Source: a virus. Taken from it: DNA of 64,000 nt. Location of the stretch: the IMG/VR virus record IMGVR_UViG_3300031707_000008, positions 10,568 through 74,567 of that record; one strand, given 5' to 3'. The notes under the pieces are model-generated. The model was given only the letters and a program-made list of their open reading frames with translations, was not told the DNA's origin and searched no databases. Below, one piece after another: positions 1 through 8,412 of the stretch (positions within the stretch are counted from its first letter, which is position 1; each line of letters begins with the position of its first letter). The translations under genes and the position numbers were made by a program.

Positions 1-1
1 A

Positions 2-292
2 TTCGTCATTGATGAAGTTGTTTCCGGTGGGGCTTCGGGTGTTGATAGATTAGGCGAGCAATGGGCGACTCGCTACTCAAAACCCATAATAAGATTTCTT
101 GCTAATTGGAACAAATTTGGTCGAGGTGCAGGTTTCGTTCGAAATGCGGAGATGGCAAGATATGGGGATGTGTTAATCGCCATTTGGGATGGCAAAAGTC
201 CCGGAACGAAAAATATGATTAAAGTTATGCAGAAATATGGCAAGCCCGTACATGTAAAGGACTTGTCGGAAGTGTTATCTCACAAAGGTTGA
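2..292 (+). CDS. SLOG-superfamily (DUF2493/YspA-like) protein, 5'-truncated by window edge
   Basis: Manual translation of frame 2 (not in ORF track): VVSGGASGVDRLGEQWA...GAGFVRNAEMA...LIAIWDGKSPGTKNMI, typical SLOG motifs. Confidence 0.85.
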   Translation, partial: FVIDEVVSGGASGVDRLGEQWATRYSKPIIRFLANWNKFGRGAGFVRNAEMARYGDVLIAIWDGKSPGTKNMIKVMQKYGKPVHVKDLSEVLSHKG

Positions 293-296
293 AATT

Positions 297-890
297 ATGA
301 AACAACATACGTATCGTGAAGTCTTAACGATGTTCCCGCAACTTGTTGTGGAGGAACAACATGGTTCTTTCTTCGTTTCTATAGTGTCTGAATGGTTAAT
401 GCGTCTTCGCCCAAGACTTGTTTTTGATGTGGGGATTGGTGTAGAAGGTTTTTGGGGGAGTTATATGCGAAAGTTGGGAATTCCTTGTGTGGGTATAGAG
501 ATTTGGGATAAGTACTTGACGCAACCCGCAATGCATGATTTTTACGATGGGATTATTGTTGGGGATATAGTCAATTTAGCTTCATCACTTTATGGTGATG
601 TCATTATATTGGGGAACGTTCTTGAACATCTGACGCAGGAAACAGCGTTGTCTGTGACGCGTTTATTGGCGGGGCATTGTAGGTGGTTAATTATTATGTC
701 ACCTTTAGGATTTCACGAACAAGCAGAGACAGATGATTGTCCATACTCAAAGCATGTGTGTGGGTTTAGTCCAGAACATTTTGATTTCCTTTCGATTGTT
801 GAATTGATACTTTTGAAGGAACCAGATGTTGTAGGTAGCGAATGCACTAAACCTTCGTGGTTCGCATTGCTTGCGAAGGGGAGCATGTGA
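297..890 (+). CDS. Class I SAM-dependent methyltransferase
   Basis: VFDVGIGVEG motif I, GIEIW, VGDI, ILGNVLEHL. Confidence 0.75.
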   Translation: MKQHTYREVLTMFPQLVVEEQHGSFFVSIVSEWLMRLRPRLVFDVGIGVEGFWGSYMRKLGIPCVGIEIWDKYLTQPAMHDFYDGIIVGDIVNLASSLYGDVIILGNVLEHLTQETALSVTRLLAGHCRWLIIMSPLGFHEQAETDDCPYSKHVCGFSPEHFDFLSIVELILLKEPDVVGSECTKPSWFALLAKGSM

Positions 891-1672
891 TGCCCTTTAC
901 GAATGAAGTTAATATACTTCTTAAGCAATTCGAGTTTGATTGGTCTGGAAGTTATAAACACATTCGAGACGCTATTTATTTAATAACAAGATTGGTTGAA
1001 GCGCGAACGTATTTGGAGGTTGGTGCACCGAAAGACACATACTCGATACAATGTTTTAACGCACTTCCTGTGAAGATGAAGTTAACTATTGACAGGGACT
1101 TGAATGGAAGTGAAAATATTAACCCCACACAAAAATTGCAAATATCGAGTGACGACTTCTTTGGTTTACATGCTTTGAAGTATTTTCCTGAAGGTATAGA
1201 TGTTGTTTTTATTGATGGGGATCATTCTTATATTCAGTCGCGCCAAGATATAATAAACGCGTTGCAGTTTCTCACATCCCCCGGCGTGATACTCGTTCAT
1301 GATTGTTTGCCGTCGAGTGAATATGCAACTGGGAAACAAACGTTTGAGGAACACCTTCAGTATTGTTCTTCACTTGAGGAATACACTCAAGCGGTTGCGA
1401 TTTGGGTAGGTGAAGTATGGAAATCGATTGTGTATTTTAGAAGTTTTCGTTCTGACGTGTATACGCGTGTCTTGAATTTTCCATTTATGGGGTTGGGTGT
1501 ACTTTTCCCTACAAACATGTTTCAGAATACACAGTTGAATCTTGACTTGGCAACTATTGAAAACTTGCAATGGAAAGACGTTGAAAAAGATTTGAAGAAG
1601 TTCATTGGTTTAACGGAAATGCCTTACTTCACAAGAGTTTTGAGTAACATAACTCAGAGGCGGGTTTCATGA
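890..1672 (+). CDS. Class I SAM-dependent methyltransferase (Methyltransf_24-like)
   Basis: TYLEVG, SSDDFF, DVVFIDGDHSY, GVILVHDCLP, W-x-GEVWK; ATG 890 overlaps upstream stop. Confidence 0.85.
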   Translation: MPFTNEVNILLKQFEFDWSGSYKHIRDAIYLITRLVEARTYLEVGAPKDTYSIQCFNALPVKMKLTIDRDLNGSENINPTQKLQISSDDFFGLHALKYFPEGIDVVFIDGDHSYIQSRQDIINALQFLTSPGVILVHDCLPSSEYATGKQTFEEHLQYCSSLEEYTQAVAIWVGEVWKSIVYFRSFRSDVYTRVLNFPFMGLGVLFPTNMFQNTQLNLDLATIENLQWKDVEKDLKKFIGLTEMPYFTRVLSNITQRRVS

Positions 1673-1917
1673 CACCATCTTGCGGCATTAAAGTGAAGAG
1701 AATATTTCATCACGATGCGTGGGTTTTTGTAAAAGAAGAACTTGAGGGGAGAAGTTGGGATTTTTGTCTTTGCGCAATTTGCGCAAATTTGACACCAGAA
1801 GATGTTTTACACAATTGCCAAATCGCAAATGCATTATATAGATTTTGCGTTGAGAACAACCTTGTTGCACCAATCTTTGAATGTCCTGTTTTTAGGGAGA
1901 AGGTCGAGAAGAAATGA
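1669..1917 (+). CDS. Small Cys-rich hypothetical protein
   Basis: ATGA overlaps at both ends; CLCAIC, CPVF. Confidence 0.6.
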   Translation: MTPSCGIKVKRIFHHDAWVFVKEELEGRSWDFCLCAICANLTPEDVLHNCQIANALYRFCVENNLVAPIFECPVFREKVEKK

Positions 1918-2888
1918 CGACGATTTGTGCAGAAATTCAAGTCAAGGACGCCGACTGGATTCTTGGGGAGTGTTTAAGACATTTAAGTGACTTCGTCGAT
2001 GAAGTCGTTGCCTTTGACGATGGATCTTCCGACTTAACTCTTCCTTTATTACTATCATGGCCGTGCGTGAAGAAAATCTTCCGCAAACCCACTTCCGGTG
2101 TTTGGACCGAAAGTGAGAATCGTGCATTGCTTTTAGATATGGCAAAGACTTCTGGAAAGGAGTGGATTCTTTTCATTGACAGTGACGAAATTCTTGAGGC
2201 ACGCGCTGCGAGAGGAATTAAGACGTTTTTACAAGAACGCCCGGAGATTTCAACTTGGAAGTGTGGAGAAATTAACTTGTGGAATAGTACGCATACGTAT
2301 AGATGTGACGATTGGTTTGGTTTTGGGAAAGACAACTTTCCACAGTTCGTGCGTTTTTTCCGAAATGATCCCGACTTGGTGTATCGACATACAGAAGGTT
2401 TGCATGGGAATCTTGTTCCAGTTAACGTAAAGTACCCTGTCTTGAATAGTGGCTTCAATATTTTGCATTTTGCCTTTTTTGATCCAATTCGTCGCCAACG
2501 CAAAGCTGCATATTATCGTGAACGTGACGTTTCGTTGAGAAACGCCTCGGAAGATGATCCTTTACTGATTATGAATGTGAAGAGGTTGGTGTCAACTCCA
2601 AAACTCCCTCTCGTTGAAGTTGATACGTCTTGGTGGACACACGGGCAAGTTGAACTTCCATTGTTGGATTGTGACGCTCCAGTTGGACCATTCATTCAAC
2701 ACGATAGCGATACACGAAATCGTGTATGGGGGAAGGCCTTGTGGGGTAACTGGGATAAGAGTGGGAAAGTTTGGTTTGGAACACCTACGTGTGAGTCTAG
2801 AGAAGTTACGCGTCACGAACTTGTGTTACTTTATTTCGAGGCGAAAAGAAGCGGAAAAGATATTTGTGAACTTTTCCAAAGGAGTTGA
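1914..2888 (+). CDS. GT2-family glycosyltransferase
   Basis: VKD, FDDGSSD, WILFIDSDE (DxD), ILHF. Confidence 0.85.
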   Translation: MTTICAEIQVKDADWILGECLRHLSDFVDEVVAFDDGSSDLTLPLLLSWPCVKKIFRKPTSGVWTESENRALLLDMAKTSGKEWILFIDSDEILEARAARGIKTFLQERPEISTWKCGEINLWNSTHTYRCDDWFGFGKDNFPQFVRFFRNDPDLVYRHTEGLHGNLVPVNVKYPVLNSGFNILHFAFFDPIRRQRKAAYYRERDVSLRNASEDDPLLIMNVKRLVSTPKLPLVEVDTSWWTHGQVELPLLDCDAPVGPFIQHDSDTRNRVWGKALWGNWDKSGKVWFGTPTCESREVTRHELVLLYFEAKRSGKDICELFQRS

Positions 2889-2889
2889 C

Positions 2890-3969
2890 ATGCCGTCTCC
2901 AAAATTGAGAATTCTCGTCACAGGTGATACCGGAACAATTGGTTGGTATCTTGTTCGTGAATTAAGACGCCGCGGGCATGAAGTTTTTGGTTGTTCGCGA
3001 AGACACGTTCCCGATGAGAAACATCTTCGTGCCGATGTGCGAGATTACCGTCAACTTGAACGGGTTTTTAGACAAGTTGAACCTACTGTGGTGTATCATC
3101 TCGCGGCTGAGTTTGGGCGTCATAATGGTGACATGTTTTACGAACAATGTTGGGATACAAACGTGATTGGTGTTGAGAATGTTGCACTTCTATGCGCCGA
3201 ATTTGGTGCGACTTTGATTTTTGCTTCTTCTAGTGAGGCGTATGGTGAAATAGATTTAGGTGACGACTTTATTCGTGAAGAGTATTTAAGTACACAACCT
3301 ATTCACCACCTCAATAGTTACGCGATGTCGAAATGGTGTGGTGAACACATTATTTTGAATGCTCAACGCAAATTCGATCTTCAGGCAGTTCGTTTGCGTT
3401 TCTTCAACGTTTACGGTCCGGGTGAGTTCTATCATCCTTATCGCTCTGTTGTGTGTTTATTTTGTTATCGCGCTTTACATGGATTGCCTTACGAAGTGTA
3501 TGACGGTTACCATAGAGTGTTTCAATTTGTTGGTGACTTCATTCCTACGGTAGCAAACGTTTGTGAATGTATTGATCCTCCAACAAGTCTCGCAATCAAT
3601 ATCGGCGGAGAAGAATACTGCTCCGTTGATTCAATGTCTGCCAAAGTGCTTTCACTCGTGGGGGTGACTGAAGGGGACTTGCATATTCGCCATATAGCAA
3701 AAGACGAACATAACGTTGTCAATAAACGTCCCGACAACACTTTAGCAAAAGGACTTTTGTCTCACAATCCTTCAACCCCCCTGTCTATCGGGTTAAAGGC
3801 CACGCTCGCTTGGATGACGAATATCTACGCGAACACAATTGTACATCCACCGGCATTCTTGAAAGAGTGTACTTGCGAAGGTGAATATCAGTTACCCGTT
3901 CTTCAAGAAACAGTTGCGAAGAATACAAACTCCGAAACGAAGGAGACAGTAGACAATGTCGGTTTTTGA
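2890..3969 (+). CDS. NAD-dependent NDP-sugar epimerase/dehydratase (extended SDR)
   Basis: VTGDTGTIG, HLAAE, FASSSEAYG, YAMSK (YxxxK), RFFNVYGPGE; start re-set to ATG 2890 after AAGGAG. Confidence 0.92.
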   Translation: MPSPKLRILVTGDTGTIGWYLVRELRRRGHEVFGCSRRHVPDEKHLRADVRDYRQLERVFRQVEPTVVYHLAAEFGRHNGDMFYEQCWDTNVIGVENVALLCAEFGATLIFASSSEAYGEIDLGDDFIREEYLSTQPIHHLNSYAMSKWCGEHIILNAQRKFDLQAVRLRFFNVYGPGEFYHPYRSVVCLFCYRALHGLPYEVYDGYHRVFQFVGDFIPTVANVCECIDPPTSLAINIGGEEYCSVDSMSAKVLSLVGVTEGDLHIRHIAKDEHNVVNKRPDNTLAKGLLSHNPSTPLSIGLKATLAWMTNIYANTIVHPPAFLKECTCEGEYQLPVLQETVAKNTNSETKETVDNVGF

Positions 3970-4081
3970 GATGGCGTACGCTCATCCATGGACAACTGCT
4001 TTACTTGCTTTGTGTTGTTGCTTCTTTGTCGTGGCGTTGGGGGCAATGGTAATAGAGGTTATTCGTGTGAGTAGGCATTGA
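3956..4081 (+). CDS. 41-aa membrane peptide
   Basis: Manual translation MSVFEMAYAHPWTTALLALCCCFFVVALGAMVIEVIRVSRH; AAGGAG upstream; fills the gap. Confidence 0.5.
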   Translation: MSVFEMAYAHPWTTALLALCCCFFVVALGAMVIEVIRVSRH

Positions 4082-4090
4082 GGGGATGCG

Positions 4091-4435
4091 ATGAAAATAT
4101 TCATTGTTTGTCCGGTTCGTAAAATATCGGATTTGCTGAAATCAACAATCGAGGCAAAAATATTAGAATTAGAAAACGCAGGATATCTTGTTTATTACCC
4201 CGCTAGAGATACTGAACAGAATGATCCGACTGGATATTCCATTTGTGCAACGAATAGAGAGGCAATTCGTGATGCGGATGAAATTCTGATCGCGTGGGAT
4301 GGAAGTTCGGAGGGTGTTTTATTTGATATTGGGATGGCATTTATGATGGGGAAGGCAATTAAGATTATAGAACCATTTCCTCCAAAAACCGAGGGTAAAT
4401 CCTTCGCTTCAATGATACGGGAATGGGCAAGATGA
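4091..4435 (+). CDS. Nucleoside 2-deoxyribosyltransferase-like protein
   Basis: KIFIVCP, VYYPARD, NREAIRDAD, SEGVLFDIGMA (Asp at the usual catalytic Glu). Confidence 0.7.
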   Translation: MKIFIVCPVRKISDLLKSTIEAKILELENAGYLVYYPARDTEQNDPTGYSICATNREAIRDADEILIAWDGSSEGVLFDIGMAFMMGKAIKIIEPFPPKTEGKSFASMIREWAR

Positions 4436-4436
4436 A

Positions 4437-4528
4437 TCTCGGCTCGCGGCGGCGTGATAGCGTCGGGGATGCGATGTAGAGCACTTATTAGCGGAGCCGG
4501 TTGTAGGAGCCCGGCCCGCGAGCCGAGA
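4437..4528 (+). ncRNA. Candidate structured RNA, copy A (13-bp closing stem + two hairpins)
   Basis: tctcggctcgcgg (4437-4449) is the exact reverse complement of ccgcgagccgaga (4516-4528); hairpins cggcg/cgtcg and gccgg/ccggc; related copy at 53067-53144. Confidence 0.7.
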
Positions 4529-4542
4529 GAAAAGGAGGCGTG

Positions 4543-4719
4543 ATGGAGGAGTTGAAGAAGTGTGCTCATTGTGGAGGTGTTGCCATTTGGCGCGTTTATG
4601 ATGTATTCACAGGATGGGCACAATGCACAGAATGCGGTATATCCACCCAAACAAGCACGCGAGAAATCGTGACAGAGATATGGAACCGCCGCGTGGAGGT
4701 GAAAGATGAGCAAGACTGA
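4543..4719 (+). CDS. Lar-like (restriction alleviation family) zinc-ribbon protein, 58 aa
   Basis: Not in ORF track; MEELKKCAHCGG...CTECG...EIWNRR; AAGGAGG at 4532. Confidence 0.75.
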   Translation: MEELKKCAHCGGVAIWRVYDVFTGWAQCTECGISTQTSTREIVTEIWNRRVEVKDEQD

Positions 4720-5290
4720 AAGAGAGGCATACGTATCTGGCTCTTTCGATGGGCAAGCAAGGAATTTAACGCCAAACGCAGCCGTTGAGATGGCGTTGGC
4801 ATTATTCCCCAACAAGCCGTGCAAGAACGTAGAGGAAATAGTCGAACAATTTTTAGAGACACAAGAATGTGCGGGAACAGGATATCCTTCGGATATTTGC
4901 CCAAATTGTTTACGAGATAATCTACGAAGATTCTATGAATTCTTGAGAATAAACGAAGAAACGGAGGAAATATGTACTATTAATACGTGTCGGTTCTACG
5001 ACGGAACGGTGGAGGAGCATTGTGCCGCAGAGGAACGATGCCCCAATCTGACAAAGAAGTCGTGCAAGGATGTACGGAAGATCGTCGATAAGTATTGCGC
5101 GGACGAAGACTATCAGGGCCTATTCAATGAAAGAAAACATTGCCAGTGTACGATTGGTATTAGTATCGAGGGAGAACCACCGTGGATGTGTTGTGAATGT
5201 GTCACAAGCGACTGTAAACCCGGCGTCTGGAGCGAGGGAAAGATTGTAGCGAAAGAAGGTGGTCAAGAACATGAATTTAGAGGAATTTAA
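4706..5290 (+). CDS. Cys-rich hypothetical protein
   Basis: 194-aa ORF with GGAGG SD and many Cys pairs. Confidence 0.55.
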   Translation: MSKTEREAYVSGSFDGQARNLTPNAAVEMALALFPNKPCKNVEEIVEQFLETQECAGTGYPSDICPNCLRDNLRRFYEFLRINEETEEICTINTCRFYDGTVEEHCAAEERCPNLTKKSCKDVRKIVDKYCADEDYQGLFNERKHCQCTIGISIEGEPPWMCCECVTSDCKPGVWSEGKIVAKEGGQEHEFRGI

Positions 5291-5558
5291 GGCGTGGGTA
5301 GATAAAGAGCGTTACTATGCCGAAATAGAAACTAGTATGGAAGCCTTAAATGTATGGCGCAAGGTTGAGGAGAATGTAAAGACAATTCCAAGTGATTTTA
5401 ATTTGCGTGAATGGCAAAGATGCCCCGTTTGCGAAGGACATGGGTTAGTTCCTTACCCGCCTGGCGTTGCTGTAAGCATGCCTTTTACGAGTAGTTCTAT
5501 GGGTCCGTGGGTATGTCCGACGTGTAAAGGAATAGGAAAAATTGAGAAACCGTTGTAA
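5271..5558 (+). CDS. Small protein with DnaJ-type zinc finger
   Basis: CPVCEGHG and CPTCKGIG (CxxCxGxG x2). Confidence 0.65.
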   Translation: MNLEEFKAWVDKERYYAEIETSMEALNVWRKVEENVKTIPSDFNLREWQRCPVCEGHGLVPYPPGVAVSMPFTSSSMGPWVCPTCKGIGKIEKPL

Positions 5559-5579
5559 ACCAGAGAAGGAGAATTCGCA

Positions 5580-6728
5580 ATGAAGAAATTGTGGAGACCA
5601 AAAATTTTTTGGGGTATATTTTTCATGGTCTTGTTTCTGGGAATGGGTTGCGACAATGATCCTGCTGTAATGTACCCACATCGAGCGGTAATCCATTGCG
5701 CAAGTCTTGCAGATTGGAGTGATGCAAAAATCACGGAAGCGGCAAAGGGTTGGTTTATTGTTGTTCCAATGGATCGCATTTTCGCACCTGCAGAGAAAGT
5801 CGTTCTTGACAAAATTTACGCGGAAAATACATCTATGCAATTTCTCGGATATGTTACGGTATTGGGTGTGTATACATTGTGGCCGGATACTACGGGGTTT
5901 CGTGAGACTTTGCCTTTCAACTTGGACTATTATTATGCGTGTCGGAGTGATTGGGTGTGGACGACAACTGGTGACACTGCAATGATTTGGCCGGGATTGG
6001 TCTTGTTGAATCCTATCAAAGATGGAATTGTAAATAGAGCATTAATTTCACGAATTACGCGCTTGATCTATCATTACAAAATGCTTGGAACGTATCGCAA
6101 CGACGGAATTTTTCATGATTACATAATGACTAGTGTTATAACTGGTTTGCCTACAATGTTTGGGAATGTTGATTTAGATGGTGATGGCGTGATTTTTCAG
6201 AATGATATTTCAGAAAAAGCACTTTTGTTGCAGTACCAAAGCGAATATTTAGACTCTTTACGAAGTGTCTTGGGTACGGATTACATCCAGATTGCGAATG
6301 GCAAGGCTGCTCAAGATGTCAACGAAATACGCAGACGATTAAATGGGATTAACTTCGAGAGTTTCCCCCGGCAACCGTGGCGCTTTACGGATCAAATGGG
6401 ATTTCTTCGAATGTTAATAACGCAACGTCCGGGTTATTTATTGCCAGCGAAATCACGAACTTGGTCAATCGTGAACGATATTTCTGGTACGGGCAATTAC
6501 CGTGTCTTCATTTGTAGTTTATTGGGAGGGACGTTCTACAATGAATTTTTCAATGGGGAGTCATTGTTCGATCATTGGAGTGTGAATGTTTCTACGGGGG
6601 CACCGATCGGATATTTGTCCGCGGTGAAATCCGGGAGTGACATCGTTATCACAAGGAAGTTTACCGGTGGAACTGCGACACTTTCGTTTGACTCAACAGG
6701 CACGATTAAGACGTGTATTTTTCAATAG
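5580..6728 (+). CDS. Lipoprotein, putative glycoside hydrolase-like TIM barrel
   Basis: Signal peptide ending LGMGC; DGIFHDY, DLDGDG, IANG, NGINFESFP resemble putative GH (GHL15-like) proteins. Confidence 0.55.
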   Translation: MKKLWRPKIFWGIFFMVLFLGMGCDNDPAVMYPHRAVIHCASLADWSDAKITEAAKGWFIVVPMDRIFAPAEKVVLDKIYAENTSMQFLGYVTVLGVYTLWPDTTGFRETLPFNLDYYYACRSDWVWTTTGDTAMIWPGLVLLNPIKDGIVNRALISRITRLIYHYKMLGTYRNDGIFHDYIMTSVITGLPTMFGNVDLDGDGVIFQNDISEKALLLQYQSEYLDSLRSVLGTDYIQIANGKAAQDVNEIRRRLNGINFESFPRQPWRFTDQMGFLRMLITQRPGYLLPAKSRTWSIVNDISGTGNYRVFICSLLGGTFYNEFFNGESLFDHWSVNVSTGAPIGYLSAVKSGSDIVITRKFTGGTATLSFDSTGTIKTCIFQ

Positions 6729-6752
6729 TGTTTGTTAACTAGGAGGTGTATC

Positions 6753-8408
6753 ATGCCTTACCCCAACGAGCATGCGTGTAGGTTGCGGCAACCTGGGGCA
6801 TTCTTGCGGAATACTTTCGCAAGAATGTCACGTAAATCGGCTGAGTTTCATAAGGTGTATTCTGTAATCTTAGCGAAACTCATTAAGGATGGTATTCGAG
6901 GACCCTTGACGGAGCAAGCCTATCGTTACAAAAAGTTAGTTTGGGCGGTTTCGCAAGCACGCTCGCATTGCAAGAGTCATAAAGGAATTTCTTTTGAACC
7001 CGCTAGTGAGTCGAAGTACTTCGTTGAATCCCGCATGAAGGAATCTGTGGATGGTTGTTGTGGTGGAGAGGAGCGATGCATGCAAGAACCTGACTTTTAC
7101 TTTGCCCGCCCATCTATTACAGAACTTGCGGGGTCATTAATTTTCATCGATGAATTTCTTGAAGGCGAGTACGAGGCGTTGCATAATGGGATTGTGGCAA
7201 TACGCAATCGGTTGGATGAGGATCTTCTTCTTGGGAATTTTCCGAATCCCATTTTAGAAGAGATGAAGGAGGCAGCTTCTGTTGGTAGATTGGAACCTGG
7301 GCAAGCTTCATTTATAGCGTCAGCGTCTTGTTTATCTCGGGTAGGAGGAAAAAATACGTTTTCGGGCGTAGAGGGTGCACTCAAGTATTTCGTTGACACA
7401 TTCCCAAATACGCGTATCCTTGCGGAGAAGATGATAATGGGTGTTGGATGTCTTCTTATCAAGTCGCATGACAGTGTTCGAATTATATCTTCTCAAGGAA
7501 GAGATTTAACCAGTAAGTTGCCATCTTTGGTACAAGCCGTACTTGCGTTGCCAGATAAGTATGTTACGTTGCATGGAATATTGGAGAAGTGGGAGGAAAC
7601 TCAAACGGGATTGCGCCCAGCAAGCAAGTTGGAATTGATGAATTACTTATTCTTCGCGCAAGACGTTGGAGATAAGACGATTGTTTGCAACGTTGTAGAT
7701 GTTGTTTTTGCTATGGAGGATGTACACAACCTTCCTTTGACAGCACGCAAGACTTTACTTCGTAGTATCTTAATAACTTCTTCAGCGTGTCAAGAATTGA
7801 AGTATTCAGAAAAAGCGATTCCGACATTGACAAAGAAGTTAGTATTGTTGCCATACACAATTGAAATGTGTGCTGGATCGATCTCGCACGCGGTAGAGTT
7901 AAATGGAATCTTGCCGGGGTCGCTTGGGGTTATACTCAAATGCGCGAGTTCAACGTATCCACTTTCTGGAGTTTGTTCTGCTTGGGCAGAACTTCCTCGT
8001 GGGGAAACTTGCAATTGCGTAATTTGGCAGAAAGATGTTGTACCTGGCGGTTTATTCCAGTATCATTTGGGTTTAGGTTGTACTGAGGAAGAGTCCTATG
8101 AGGCGCTAAATGTAGTTTCTCTTCAAAAGGAGGATGTTGTCAATATTGGTTTATCTTCTCCTGTGAGTTTTTCTTTTGGGGAGGGAGAGGTCGTTCGCGT
8201 TAGTTTTGAGAAGATGAACGTTTTTGCCTGCGAAGGGATTTACCGTATAATACTATCGAATGCTAAGATTTTAAGCCAATTCGATGGGGATATAGTGTCT
8301 ACGGTTGCTGAAGTTCGAGAACAAGTTCGGGAGAAGAATTTGTTAATCGAAAGTGACTTTACGCAGAGGCATTTGGAACATCTTTTACGAGAAAGTGAAA
8401 GGCGGTGA
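6753..8408 (+). CDS. PYPNEH N-terminal domain fused to a degenerate ATP-dependent DNA ligase fold
   Basis: Ligase motif spacing retained (AEKMIMG, IISSQGRDLTSKLP, LHGIL, VVDVVF..DVHNLPLTARKTLL, GVILK..S.Y..WAEL) but catalytic residues replaced. Confidence 0.6.
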   Translation: MPYPNEHACRLRQPGAFLRNTFARMSRKSAEFHKVYSVILAKLIKDGIRGPLTEQAYRYKKLVWAVSQARSHCKSHKGISFEPASESKYFVESRMKESVDGCCGGEERCMQEPDFYFARPSITELAGSLIFIDEFLEGEYEALHNGIVAIRNRLDEDLLLGNFPNPILEEMKEAASVGRLEPGQASFIASASCLSRVGGKNTFSGVEGALKYFVDTFPNTRILAEKMIMGVGCLLIKSHDSVRIISSQGRDLTSKLPSLVQAVLALPDKYVTLHGILEKWEETQTGLRPASKLELMNYLFFAQDVGDKTIVCNVVDVVFAMEDVHNLPLTARKTLLRSILITSSACQELKYSEKAIPTLTKKLVLLPYTIEMCAGSISHAVELNGILPGSLGVILKCASSTYPLSGVCSAWAELPRGETCNCVIWQKDVVPGGLFQYHLGLGCTEEESYEALNVVSLQKEDVVNIGLSSPVSFSFGEGEVVRVSFEKMNVFACEGIYRIILSNAKILSQFDGDIVSTVAEVREQVREKNLLIESDFTQRHLEHLLRESERR

Positions 8409-8412
8409 CGCG

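Noticed and set aside
4437-4528. Canonical tRNA gene
   Set aside because: No TTC T-loop, no clear 7-nt anticodon loop, no CCA, 13-bp closing stem; kept only as tRNA-like topology
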